A DNA stretch of 64,000 nucleotides from the human T2T-CHM13v2.0 reference genome, Homo sapiens. Position numbers and translations under genes: made by a program. The DNA lies in NCBI RefSeq assembly GCF_009914755.1, contig NC_060937.1; one strand, written 5' to 3'. Of the stretch, positions 12,601 through 26,200 are shown one piece after another (position 1 is the first letter of the stretch; every line of letters starts with the position of its first letter). The notes beneath the pieces are model-generated. The model was not told the DNA's origin. It saw only the letters and a list, made by a program, of their open reading frames with translations, and did no database searches.

Positions 12601-15600
12601 GTAAAATGGACTGGCTTGGAGTGGCACCGAGTAGAATGGAATGGAGTGGAATGAAATGCTGTTGAAGGGAATAAAATGGAGTGGCGTGGAATGGAATGGA
12701 ATGGAGTGGAGTGGAGTGGAGTGGAATGGAGTGCAGTGGAGTGGAATGGAGTGGAATGGAATGGAGTGGAGAAGAATGGAATTTAGTAGAGTGGAGAAGA
12801 GTGGAGTGGAGTGGAATGGAACGAAGTGCAGTGGACTGAAGTGGAGAGCAAAGGAATGGATTAAAGTGGAATTGAGGGGAGTGGAATAGGAAGGAGTAGA
12901 GTGGAATGGTGTGGAATGGATTGGAATGCAATGTAGTGGAATGTAGTGGAGAAGAGTGGAATGGAATTGAGTACAGTGGATTAAAATGGAATGGAGTTGA
13001 TTGAAATGGAATGTAGTGGAATGGAATGAAGTGGAGGGGAGTGGTGTTTAGTGGAGTGTAGTGGAATGGAGTGGAATTGAATGGAATGGAGTGGAATGGA
13101 GTGGAGTGCAGTGGAAGGGAATTAAGTGGAGTGGAATGGATGGAGTGGATCGGAGGGGAGTAGAATGGAGAGGACTGGAGTGAAGTGGAGTGCAGAAGAT
13201 CGCAAATTAGTGGAGTGGAGTGGAATGGAATGGAATGGAGTTGAATGCAGTGGAATTTAGTTGAATGGAGTGCAGTGCAGTGGAATGGAATTAAGTGGAG
13301 TGGAATGGAATAGTGTGGAATGGAATGGAATGCAGTCGAGTAGAATGGTGGGGACTGGAGTAGAGTGGAGTGGAGTGGAATGAAAAGGAGTAGAGTGGAG
13401 TGGAGAGGAATGGAGTAGAGTGGAAAGGAATGGAGTCAAGCAGAATGCAGTGGAGTGGAGAGGAATGGAGTGGAACGGAATGGAGAGGAGTGGAATGGAG
13501 TGGAGTGGAATGGAATGGAATGGAATGGAATGGAGTGGAGTGTAATGGAATGGATTTGATTGGAGTCAATGGAGTGGAATGGAATGGAATGGAATGGAGT
13601 GGAATGGAGTGGAATGGAGTGCTGTGGCGTGGATGGAAATGGAATGGAGTGGAATGGAGAGGAAAGTAATGGAGTGGAGTGGAGTGGAATGGAATAAAGT
13701 GAAATGCAGTGGAATGGAACAGAGTTAAATGGAGTGGAATTGAGTGTAGTGGAGTGGAATGGAATCGAATGCAGTGGAATAAAATGGTGTGGAGGGGAAT
13801 GGAATGGAATGGAGTGGAATTGAATGGAGTGGAATGCAGTGGTGTGGATATCAGTGGAGTGTAATTAAATGGAGAGTAATGGAATGGAATGGAGTGGAAT
13901 GGAGAGGAACGAAGTGGAGTGGAGTGGAATGGAAGTATGTGGAGTGGAATGGAATGGAGAGGAATGGTATGGAATGGAATGGAGAAGAATGAAGTGGACT
14001 GGAATGGAGTGGAGAGGAGTAGAATGGAAACGAGTGGAGTGGAGTTGAGTGGAGTGGAGATGAGTGGGGTAGATTGGAGTGGAGTGTAATGGAGTGGAGT
14101 GTAATGGAGTGGAGTGGAGTTGAGTGGAGTGGAGATGAGTGGGGTAGATTGGAGTGGAATTGAGTGGAGTGTAATGGAGTGGAGTGGAATTGCAGGGCAT
14201 GGAAGGGCATGAAATGGATTGGAATGGTTTGCAGGGGTGTGGAAAAATTGGAGTGGAGGGGAGGGGATTCGTATGGAGTGGAATGGAATGGAGTGGAATG
14301 GAGTGCCTTGGAATGGAGTGGAATGGAATGGAATGGAGTATAATGGAGTGTTATGGAGAGGAGTGGAGTGGAATGGACTGGACTGAAATGGAGCGGAGTG
14401 GAGTGGGGTGGTATGAATAGGAGTGGATTCCAGTGGAATGTGATGGAATGTAGTGGAATGGAGTGCAGTGGAGTGGAATGGAGTGGAATGGAGTGGAGTG
14501 GACGGGAAAGGAATGTAGTGGAGTGGAATGGAATGAAAGTGAATGGAGTAGAGTGGAATGGAATGGAATGGAATGGAGTGGAGTGGAGTGGAATGGGATG
14601 GAGTGGAGTGGAATGGAAAGGAGTGGAGTGGAACAGAGTGGACTGGTGTGGAATGGAAATTAATCGAATGGAGTTTAATACAGAGAAGTAAAATGAAATG
14701 GAATGTAGGGGAACGGATTTAGTGGAATGGAATGGAATGCCCGGAAGAGGAGAGGAATGGAGTGGAGTGAAGTGGAGAGGAGTGGAGTGGAATGGGGTGG
14801 AATGCAATGAAGTGGATTGGAATGGAATGGAATGAAAGGAATGGAATGGAGTGCTGTGGAAAGGAATGGAGATGAGTACAATGCAGTGGAATGGAATGGA
14901 GTGGAGTGCAGTGAATTAGAGTGGACTTACTTGAAATGGAGTGGAAAGGAGTGTAAAGAAGTGAAATGGAATGGAATGGAGTGGAATGGAATGGAAGTCA
15001 GTGGGGTGGAGTGTAACGGAATGGAGTGGAGCAGAGTGGTGCGGAATTGTATGGAATGGAGTGGACTGGAGTGGAGTGGAATATAGTGGAGGTCAATTGA
15101 GAGGAGTGGAATGGAATAGGGTGAAATGGAATGGAATGTAGTGGAATACAGTGGAATGGAGTGGAGTGGAGGGGAAAGGAGTGGAGTGGAATGGAATGGA
15201 ATGGAGTGGAATGGATCGAGTGGAGTGGAATGGAATGTAGTAGAGTGGAACAGAGTTGAGTGGTGTGGAACGGTAGTAAGTGGAATGGAGTGGAACGGAG
15301 AGAAGTGAAATGGAGTTCAGTGGAAGAGAACGGATGTAGTGGAATGGAATGGAATGCCCTGAAGACGAGTGGAATGGAGTGGAGTGAAGAGGATTTGAGT
15401 GGAGTGGAATGGGGTGGAATGGAATGAAGTGGAGTGGAATGGAATGGAATGGAATGAAATGGAATTGAATGCAGTAGTGTGGACAGGAATGGAATTGAGT
15501 ACAATGGAGTGGACTGCAGTGGAGTGGAGTGGAAAGGAGTACAATGGAGGGGAATGAAGTGCAGTGGAGTGGAATGTATTGGAATGGAATGGAGTTGAGT

Positions 15601-18600
15601 TGAATGGAATGGAGTGGAGAGGAATGGAATGGAGTGTAGTAGAGTAGAGTGGTGTGGAATGGAATGAAATGGAATGCAGTGTTGTGGAGTGGAGTGGAAT
15701 TGAATGTAGTGGAGTGGAATAGAGTGGTGTGGAGAGAAACTGGGATGGAATGAAGTGGAGTGGAGTAGAGTGGACTGGAGTGGAGTGGTGTGGAATGGAG
15801 TGGAGTGGAGTGGAATGGAATGCTGTGGAGTGGAATGGAGTGGAATGGAATGAAGTGGAGTGGAATAAAATAGAGTGAATGGGAATGGAGTGGAAAGGAT
15901 GGAATTGAAGGGAGTGGAATGGAGTGGAGGGGAATGGAATGGAGTGCAGTTGAGAGGAAAGAATTGCAGTGGAGTGGAATGGAGAGGAATGGAATAAAGT
16001 GGAGTGGAGTGGAATTGAGTGGAGTCGTGTGGAATGGAGTTGAGTGGAGTACAATGGAGTGGAAGGGAGTGGAGAGGAATGGAATGGAATGAAGTGCACT
16101 GGAATGAAGTGGAGTGGAATGGAATGGAGTGGAGTGGAACGGAGTAGAGTGGAGGGCAATGGAGTGGAATGAAGTGGAGTGGAGTGGAGTAGAGTGGAAT
16201 GGAGTGGAGTGGAATAGAGTGGAGTGGAGAGGAGTGGAACGGAATAAGGTGAAATGGAATGCAATGGAGTGGAGTGGAGGGGAAAGGAATGGCGTGGAGT
16301 GGAATGGGATGGAATGGAATGGACTGGAGTGGAATGCAATGGAGTGGACTGGAATGAAATGGAGTGGAGTGGAATGGAGTGGAGTGGAGTGTAATGGAGG
16401 GCAACGGAGTGGAAGGGGAGTGGAATGGAATGGAGGGAAGTTCAATTGAGTGGAGTGGAGTGTGGTCGAGTGGAAAGGGGTGAAATGGAATGGAATGGAG
16501 TGGAGTGGAATGGAATTGAGTGGAGTGAATTGGAGTGGAATGGAATGGAGTGGAGTGGAGTGTAATGGAATGGAATTGAATGGAATGGACTGGAATGGAA
16601 TGGATTGGAATGGAGTGGACTTTAATGGAATGGAGTGTAATGCAGTGGAATAGAAAGGAGTGGAGAGGAATTGAGTGGAGTGGAATTGAATGCAGTAGAG
16701 TGGCACAGAGTGGAGGGGAGTGGAGTGAGTGACTTGAAATGAATGGAATGTTATGAAACGCAATGGCAAGGAACAGAATGGAATGGAGTGGAGTGCAGTG
16801 AAATAGAGTCAACTGGAATGGAATGGAGTGGAAAGGAGTGGAAAGTTTTGGAATGCAATGTAATGGTAGGGAGTGGAATGGAACACAGTGGAGTGGAGTG
16901 GAATGGAGTGCACTGGAGTGGAATTCTGTGGAATGGTATGGAGTGGAGTGGAGTGGAATGGAGTGGAGGGGAATGGAGTGCAGTAGAATAGAATAGGTTG
17001 AAATGCTATGGAATGTAGTGGAAAGGAGTGGAGGGAGGGAGGGGAAAGAAATGGAATGGAGTGTAATGGAATGGAATGGAATGGAGTGGAGTGGAGTGGA
17101 GTGGAATGGAATGGAGTCGAGTTTAATGCAATGTAGTGGAGTGGAACAGAATGGAGTGTTCTGTAATGGAAGGAAGTGGAATGGAGTGGAGTGAAGAGAA
17201 GTGAAATGGAATGGACTGGAGGGGAACATACGGAGTGGAATGGAATGAAATGCCCTGAAGTGGAGTGGAATGGAGTGGAATGTGGTGGAGTTGAGTGAAG
17301 GGGAATGGGGTGGAACGGAATGTAGTGGAGTGGAGTGGAATGGAATGGAATGGAATGGAATGGAATGGAATGGAATGGAATGGAAAGGAATGGAATGGAA
17401 TGGAAAGGAATAGAGTGGTTTGGAAAGGAATGGATTGGAGTAAAATGGAGTGGACTGCATTGGAGTGGAGTGGAATGGATGGCACTGAAGGGGAATGAAG
17501 TTGTGGAGAGGAAAGTAGCGGAATGGAATGGGGTGGAGTGGAATGGAATATAGTGGAGAGGAATGGAATGGAGAGGAATGGAGTAGAGTGGAGTGCACTG
17601 GAGTGGAGTGGAATGGAATGGAATGCAGTGGGGTGGAATGGAATGGAATGGAGTGGAGTAAACCAGAGTGGATTCGAGTGGAGTGGAATGGAATGCAGTG
17701 GAGAGGAGTGGAGTGGAATGGAATGGAGTGGAGTGAAAAGGATGTCAGTGGAGTGAAGTGGAGTGGAATTGAGTGGAGGGGAGTGGAATGAAATGGACAT
17801 ATTGGAACAGAGTGGAATGGAATGGAATGCACTGGAGGGGAGTGGAATGGAAAGGAGTGTATTGGAATAGAGTGGTGTGGAGCGGAAGGGACTGGAATGG
17901 AATTGAGTGGACTGGAGAAGAGTGGAGTGGATTGGAGTGGGCTGGAATGGAATGGAGTGGAGTGGAGTGGAATAGAATGGAGTGGAGCTGAATGGAGTGG
18001 AGTGGAGTGGAATGGAATGCAGTGGAGTGGAATGGAGTGGAATGGAATGAAGTGGAGTAGAATGGAATGAAGTGGATTGGAATAAAATGGAGTGCAATGG
18101 AATGGATGGATTTCAAGGGAGTGGAATGGAGTGGAGTGGAATGGAGTGGTTTGGAATGGAGTGGAGTGGAGTGGAATTGAGTGGAGTTGAGAGGAAAGAA
18201 GTGGACTGTAGTGGAATACAAGGAATGGAGTACAGTGGAGTGCAGTGGAATTGAGTCGATTGGAATTTATTGGAGTGAAGTGGAGTACACTGGAATGGAG
18301 GGGAGGGGAGTGGAATGAAGTGGAGTAGAATGGAAGGGATTGGAGTGGAATGGAGTGGAATGGAGGGCAATGGACTGGGACAGAGTGGAGTGAAGTGGAG
18401 TAGAGTATAGGGGAGTGGAATGGAGTGCAGTGGAGAGGAATGGAATAGGGTGAAATGGAATGGAATGGAGTAGAATGGAGAAGATTTGTGGGGAATGGAA
18501 TGGAGAGCAGTGGAATGGAATGGAATGCAATGGAATGGAGTGGAGTGGAATGGAAAGTAGTAGAATGGAATGGAAGAGAAAGGAATAGAATGGAGTGGAA

Positions 18601-21600
18601 TGGAATGGAATTGAATAGAGTGGAATGGAGTGGAGTGGAGTGGAATGGAGTGGACTGGAGTGGAATGGATTAGAGTGGAGTGCAGTGGAATGGCGTGGAG
18701 CGGTAGGGAATGGATTGTAGTGGAATGGAATGGAATGCAACAGAGTGGAGGGGAGTGGAGGGGAGTCGAATGCAATGTAGTGGAGTGGAGTGCACAAGAG
18801 TGGAGTGGAATGGAGTGGAATGGAATGGAGTGGAATGGAATGTACTGGAATGGAGTGGAATGGAATTGAATAGAATAGAGTGGAATGGAATGGAATTGAA
18901 TGGAGTGGAATGGAATGCAGAGGAGTGGAATGCAACAGAGTGGAAAGGAATGGAGTAGATGGATTGCAGTGGAGTGGAGTGGAGTGAAGTGGAGTGGAGT
19001 GGAGTTCAATGGAGGTGAGTGGAGTTGAGTGGAGTGGAGTGAAGTGGAATGGAGTGGAATGTAGTTGAGTGCAGTGGAATGGAGTAGAATGGAATGGAGT
19101 GGACTGGAATGGAGTGGAATGGAGTGGAGCTGAGTGGAGTGGAATGGAGTGCAGTTGAAAGGAATGGAATTCAATGGAGTTGAGTGGAATGGAGTGGAGT
19201 GCTGTGGCATGGTGACAAATGGAATGGAGTTGAACGGAATGGAATTGAGGGAAATGAAATAGAGTGGAATGGAGTGGAATGCAATGTGATGGAATGGAGG
19301 GGAATGGAGTGGAATGGAGTGGAGTGCAATGGAAGGTAGTGGAAAGGAATGGAATGGAGAGGATTGCAATGAAGTGAAATGGAATGGAGGGGAGTGAAAT
19401 GGAATGGAACGGAGTGGAGTGGATTTCAATGGAGTGCAGTGGAATGGAGTGGGGTGGAGTGGAATGGAGTGCAATGGAATGGAATGGAGTGGAATGGAAT
19501 TAAGTGGAATGGGGAGGAGTGGAATGGAATGTAGTGGAGTGGATTGGAATTGAAAGGAAAGGAGTGGACTGGAATAGAATGGCGTGGAGTAGAATGGAAT
19601 GGAAAGGAATGCAATGGCAAGGAATGGAATGGAATGGACTGGAGCACAGTGAAATAGAGTAGACAGGAATGGCATGGAATGGAATTGAATAGAAAGGAGT
19701 GGATTGGAATGGAATAGAGTGATGTGGAATGGAGAGGGGTGGAATAGAATGGGTGGATTGGAGTGGAATGGAATGGAGTGGAATGGAATGGAATGGAAGG
19801 GAATGATTTTGAGAGGAATGGAGTGGAATGGAATCGAATGGAACAGAATGGAATGATTTTGAGAGGAATGGAGTGGAAAGGATTGGAATTGAGTGGAGTG
19901 GCATGGAATGGAGTCGAATAGAATGGAATGGAATGGAATGCAACGGCAAGGAATGGAATGGAAAGGAGTGGAAGGCTGTGTAGTAAAGTGGACTGCAATG
20001 ACATGGAGTGCAAAGGAGGGGAAAGCAGTGGAATGAAATGGAATGGAGTGGAAAGGAATGGAAGGGAATTGAGTGGAGTGGAATATAGAGGAGTGGAGTG
20101 GAGAGGTGTGGAATGGAATTGAGGGGAGTGGAGTGGAGAGCAGTGGAAAGGAATGGAATAGAATGGAGGGGATTGAAATGTAATGGAGTGGAGTGGAATG
20201 GAATGCAATGAAGTGGAGTGCAATGGAGAAGATTGGAGGTAAATGGAGTGGAGTGGAATGGGGTAGAATGGAATGCACTGGAATGGAATGGAATGAAATG
20301 GAAAGGAATGGAAGGGAGTGGTGTGGAATAGAATGGAGTAGATTACAATGGAGTGGACTGCAGTGGAGAGGAGAGGAATGGAGTGGAGTGGAGGGGAAGG
20401 AAGTGGAGTGGAGTGGAATGTAGTGGAATGGAATGGAGTCGAGTGGAATGGAGTGGAGTGTGGTGGAATGGAATGGAGTTGAGTGGAGTAGAGTGGAGTG
20501 GAGAGGATTGGAATGGCATGCAGTGGACGGGATTGGAGTGGAATGGAATGGAGTGGAGTGGAGTGGAATGGAGTTGAATGGACTGGAATGGAATGTTGTG
20601 GAGTGGAGAGGGGTGGAGTGGTGTGTAACGGACTGGAGTGGAACGGAGTGGAATGGAATTGAGTTTAGTGGAATGGAGTGGACTGGAGTGGAATGGAGTG
20701 GAATGGAATGGAGTGGAGTGGAATGGAATCGAATCGAGGTAAGTGGAATTGAGTGGAGTGTTAGGGAATGGAATGGAATGGAGTGGATTGGAATGGAATT
20801 GAGTGGAATGGAGTGGACTGGAATGTAATGGAGTGGAGGGGAATGGAATGGAAAGGAGTGCAGTGGAATGGAACTGAGTGAAGTGGAATGGAGAAGAGTA
20901 GAGTGGAATGGAATGGTGTGCAGTGGAATGGAGAGGAATGGAATGGAGTGGAGTGGAATGGAATGGAATGGAAGGGAATAGTATTGAATGCAATGGAATG
21001 GAATGGATTGGAACAGAGTATAGTGGAATGAAATGGAGTAGACTAGAATGGAATGGAGTGGAATGGAATGGAATGGAATGGGGTGGATTGGCATGGAGTG
21101 TAGTCGAATTGAATGGAGTGGAGTGAAACATAGTGGAGTGGAATGGAGAGAATGGAATGGAATGGAATGGAATGGAATGGAATGGAATGGAATGCAATGC
21201 AATGCAATGCAATGGCAAGGAATGGAATGGAACGGAGTGGAGAGCAGTGGAGTAGAGTGGACTGGAATGGAATGGAGTGGAATGTAGGGGAAAGCAGTGG
21301 AATGGGATGGAATGGAGTGGAGTGGAATGGAACTCAGTGGAGTGGAGTGGAATGGAGTGGAGTGGAGTGGTGTGGAATGGAATGGAGTGGAGTGGAGTGG
21401 AGTGGAATGGAATGGAGTGGAGTGGATTAGAGTAGAGTGGAGTGGAATTTAGTGGAATGGAATGGAGTGGAGTGGAATGGAATGGGGTGAAAGGGAATGG
21501 AGTGGAGTGGAACTGAGTAGCGTGCAGTGGAATGGAATGGAGTGGAGAGCAATGGATTGGAGTGGAGTGGAATGGAGTATAATGGAATGCAGTAGAGTGG

Positions 21601-23229
21601 AATGGAGTGGAATGGAATGAAGTGGAGTGGAATAAAATGGCGCGGAGTGGAATGGAATGGAGTGAAATAGAAAGGAGTGGAACAGAATGGAGTGGAATGG
21701 AGAGGAGTGGAATGGAGTCGCATGGAGTGGAATGGACTTGCATTGATTGGAAAGAAGTGGAGTGGAGTGGAATGGAGTGGAATGTAATGGAGAGGAGTTG
21801 AATGGAATGAAGTGGAGTGGAATGGAATGGTGGGGAAGAGTAGAGTGGAGTGGAAGGGAATGGAGAGAAATGGAAAGGAATGAAGTGCAGTGGAGTGAAG
21901 TGGATTGGAATGGAATGGAGTGGAGTGGAATGGAGTGATGTGGAGAGGAATGGACTGGAATGGAGTGGAGTGGAGTGTAGTGGAATCGAGTGGGGAGAAG
22001 TGGAGTGCAGTGGAATGGAATGGAGTGGAGTGGACTGGAGTGGAGTGGAGTGGAATGGAACGGAAAGGAATGAAATGGAAAGGAATGGAATGCAATGGAA
22101 TGCAATGGAGTGCAGTGGAGAATAGTGTACTGGAGTGGAGTATTAATGGGGTTGAATCGAATGGAGAGAAGTGGAATGGAATGGAATGGAATGGAATGGA
22201 ATGGAATGGAATGGAATGGAATGTACCGGAGTGGAAAGGAGTCAAGAGAAATAGATTGCAGAGGAAATGAGTGGAGGAGAGTGGAGAGGAATGGAGTGGA
22301 GTTGACAGGAAAGGAATGGAATGGAATTGAATGGAAAGGCATGGAATAGACAGGAAAGGAATGAAGTGGAATGGAGTGGAATGGAATGCACTGGAAAGGA
22401 ATAAAATGGACTGGAGAGGAATGGAATGGAGTGGAATGGAATGGAGTGGACTGGAGAGGAGTAGAGAGGAGTGGAGTCGAATGGAGTGGACTGAAATGGA
22501 AGGGAGTGAAATTGATTGGATTGTAGTGGAGTGGAATGGAATAGAATGGAGTGGAGTGGAATGGAGTTGAATGGAATGGAATGGAGTGGAGTGGAATGGA
22601 ATGGAGTGGAATGAAATGGTATGGAGTGGAGTACAATGGAATTGAGAGGAGTCAAATGGAGTGGAGTGGATTGGAATGAATTGGAGTGGAATAGATTGGA
22701 GTAGAGAGGAATGGAACTGAGTGATTTGGAATGGAATGGAGAGGAGTGGACTAGAGTGGAGTGGAGTGGAGTGGAATGTAGTGAAATGAAATGAATGGAG
22801 GGGAATGCAGTAGAATTGACTGGAGTGGTGTGGAATGGAATGGAGTAGGAGTGGAATGGAATGAAGTAGAGTGCGGTAGACTGGAGTGGAATGGAATGGA
22901 GTGGAGTGCAATGGAATGGAATGGAATGGAATGGAATGGAATTGAATGGATGGGAGTGAAGTGGAATGGGATTGAGTAGAGTGAATTTAATGGAGTACAA
23001 TGGAATGGAAAGGAAAGGAATTGAATGGAGAGGATTGTAATGTAATGGAATGAAATGGAATGGAGTGGAGTGCAGTGGAGTGGAATGGAGTGGAGTGGAG
23101 TGGAATGGAATGGAATGGAAAGGAATGGAGTAGAATGGAGTGGACTGGAATGGAATGGAGTGGAGAGGTGGGGAGTGGAGTTTAATGGAGTGGAGTGTCA
23201 TGGAGCGGAGTGGAAAGGAATGGAGTGGA

Positions 23230-26200
23230 GTGGAATGGAATGGAATGGAACGGAGTGAAATGGAATGGAGTGCAGTGGAATGGAATGAAGTCGAATGGAA
23301 TGTAATGGAATGGATTAGATAGGAATGGAATGGAGTGGAGTGGAATTGATTGCAGTTGAGTGGAGTGGAGTAGAACGGAATGGAGTCGATTTCAGTAGAG
23401 TAGAGTGGAGTGAACTGTAGTGCAATGGAGTGGAGTGGCGTGGAGTGGAATGGAATGCAGTGGAGTCGAAAGTAGTGGAGTGGAATGGAATGGAATTGAT
23501 TGGAGTGGAATGGAATGGATGGAATGGAGTGGAGTCGGATGGAATGGAGTGGAGTGGAATGGAATGGAGTGAAGTGGAATGGAATGGAGTTGAAAGGAAT
23601 AGAATGGAGTGGAATGCATTGGAGTGGAATGGAGTGAGGTGGAATGGAATGGAGTGGAATGAAATGCAAGGCAGTGGAATAGAGTGGAGTTGAATGGAGT
23701 GTGGGGGAATGAAATGCAAGACAGTGGAATAGAGTGGAGTCGAATGGAGTGGGGTGGAAGGGAATGGAGTGGAGTGGAATTGAATGGAGTGGAATGGAAT
23801 GGAATGGAATGAAGTGGAGCACAGTGGAAAGGAGTGCAATGGAGTGAAGTGGAGTGGAACAGAATGGAATGGAGTGGAAAGGAATGGAATGGAATGGATT
23901 GGAACGGAAAAGAGAGGAGTGGAATGGAATGGAGTGGTGTGGAATGGATAGCAATGGAATGGAATGGATTGGAAAGCAACGGAGTGTAGTGGTGTGGAGT
24001 GCAACGGAATGGAAAGGAGTGAAGTGGGGTGGAATGGAATGGAATGCAATGGAGTTGAATAGAATGGAATGGGATGGAGTGGAATGGAATGGAGGGGAGT
24101 GGAATGGAATGGAGTGGATTGGAATGGAGTGGATTTGAATGGAATGGAGTGGAGTGGAATGGAGTGGAGTGGATTGGTGTGGAATGGAATGGAATGGAGT
24201 GGAATTGAATGGAATGGAATAAAGTGGAGTGGAATGGCAAGAAACGGAGTAGAGTGGAATGGAAAGGAATGGAGTGGAATTGAATGTAATGCAATAAAGT
24301 GGAGTGTAATGGAAAGAAATGGAGTGGAGTGTAATGGAATAGACAGGAAAAGGGTGTTGTGGAGTGAAGAGGAGTGAAGTTGCGTGGAATAGAATGCAGT
24401 GGAATTGAGTGGAAGGGAATGTACTTGAGTGGAGTGGAGTGGTGTGGAGTGGAATGGAATGGAATGGAATGGTGTGGAGTAGAATGGATTTTAGTGGAAT
24501 AGAGTGTAATGGAATGGAGTGGAATGGGTTGGAACAGAATGGAGTGGAGTGGAGTAGAGTGGATAGGAATGGAGTGGAGTGGAATGGATTGAAGTGGAGT
24601 GGAATGGATTGAATGAAATGGAGTGGAACGGAATGGAATGGAGTGGATTGGAATGGAGTGGAAGGGAATGGAGTGGAGTGGAAAAGATTGGAGTTGAGTG
24701 GAATGTAGAGGAGTGGAAAGGATTGGAGTGGAGTGGACTGGAATGTAGTGCAGTGGAGTGCAGAGGAGTGGAGTAGAGTGGAATTGATTGGAGTGGAGTG
24801 GACTGAAATGGAATGGAATGGGATAGAGTGGAGTGGAGTTGAGTGGAATGGAATGGGATGGAATGGATTGGAGTGGAGCGGAATGGAATGGAGTGGAATG
24901 GATTGGATTGGAATGGAAAGGAGTGGAGTGGAGTGGAATGGAGTGAAAAGGAATGGATTGGAATTGAGTGGAGTTCCATGGAGTGGAGTGGAATGGATTG
25001 GAGTGGAATGGAGTGGAGTGGAATGGAATGGAGTGGAGTGGAATGGAATGGAGTGGAGTGGAACGGAGTGGAGACGAGTGGATTCGTTTGGAATGGAATG
25101 GAATGGAGTGTAGTGGAATGGAGTGGAATGGAATGGAATAGAATGGATTGGAACGGAAAGGAGTGGAGTGGAATGGGATGGAGTGGAGTGGAATGGAATG
25201 GAATGGAGTGGAATGGATTGGAAAGGAATGGATAGTAGTGGACTGGAGTGTAACGGAATTAAATGGAGTAGCGTGAAGTTGAAAAAAATGGAATGGAATG
25301 GAGTTGAATGCAATGGAATGCAATGGAGTGCAATGGAAAGGAGTGGAGTGGAATGGAATGGAGTGGAGTGGAATGGATTGGATTTGAGTGGAATGGAATC
25401 GAATGTAATGGAGTTGAATGAAACGGAATGGAATGGAGATGTATGGAGTGGAGTGGAATGGAATGGAATGCAACGGAGTGGAATGGAATGGAATGGAACT
25501 AAGTGAAATGGAATGGAGTGCAGTGGAATGGAATGAAGTCGAATGGCATGTAATGAAATAGATTTGGAATGGTATGGATTAGATTGGAATGGAATGGAGA
25601 GGAGTGGAATTGCTTGCAGTGGAGTGGAGTGGAGTGGAACGGAATGGAGTCGATTTCAGTGGAGTGGAGTGGACTGTAGTGCAATGGAGTGGAGTGGCGT
25701 GGAGTGGAATGGAATGCAGTGGAGACAGATGGAGTGGAGTGGAATGGAATGGAATTGATTGGAGTGGAATGGAATGGATGGAATGGAGTGGAGTGGAATG
25801 GAATGGGGTGGTATGGAATGGAATGGAATGGAATGGAATGGAATGGATTGGAGTGGAATGGAATGGAATGGAGTGGAATCAAATGGAGTTGAAAGTAATA
25901 GAATGGAGTGGAATGCATTGGAGTGGAATGGAGTGAAGTGGAATGGAATGGAGTGGAATGAAATGCAAGGCAGTGTAATAGAGTGGAGTGGAATGTAGTG
26001 GGGTGTAATGGAATGGAGTGGAGTGGAATTAAATGGAGTGGAATGGAATGGAATGGAATGAAGTGGAGCACAGTGGAGCAGAGTGGAACGGGGTGCAGTG
26101 GAATGGAACGAAATGGAATGGAGTGGAATGGAAAGGAATGGAATGCAGTGGAACGGAAAGGAGTGGAGTGGAATGGAATGGAGTGGTGTGGAATGGATAG

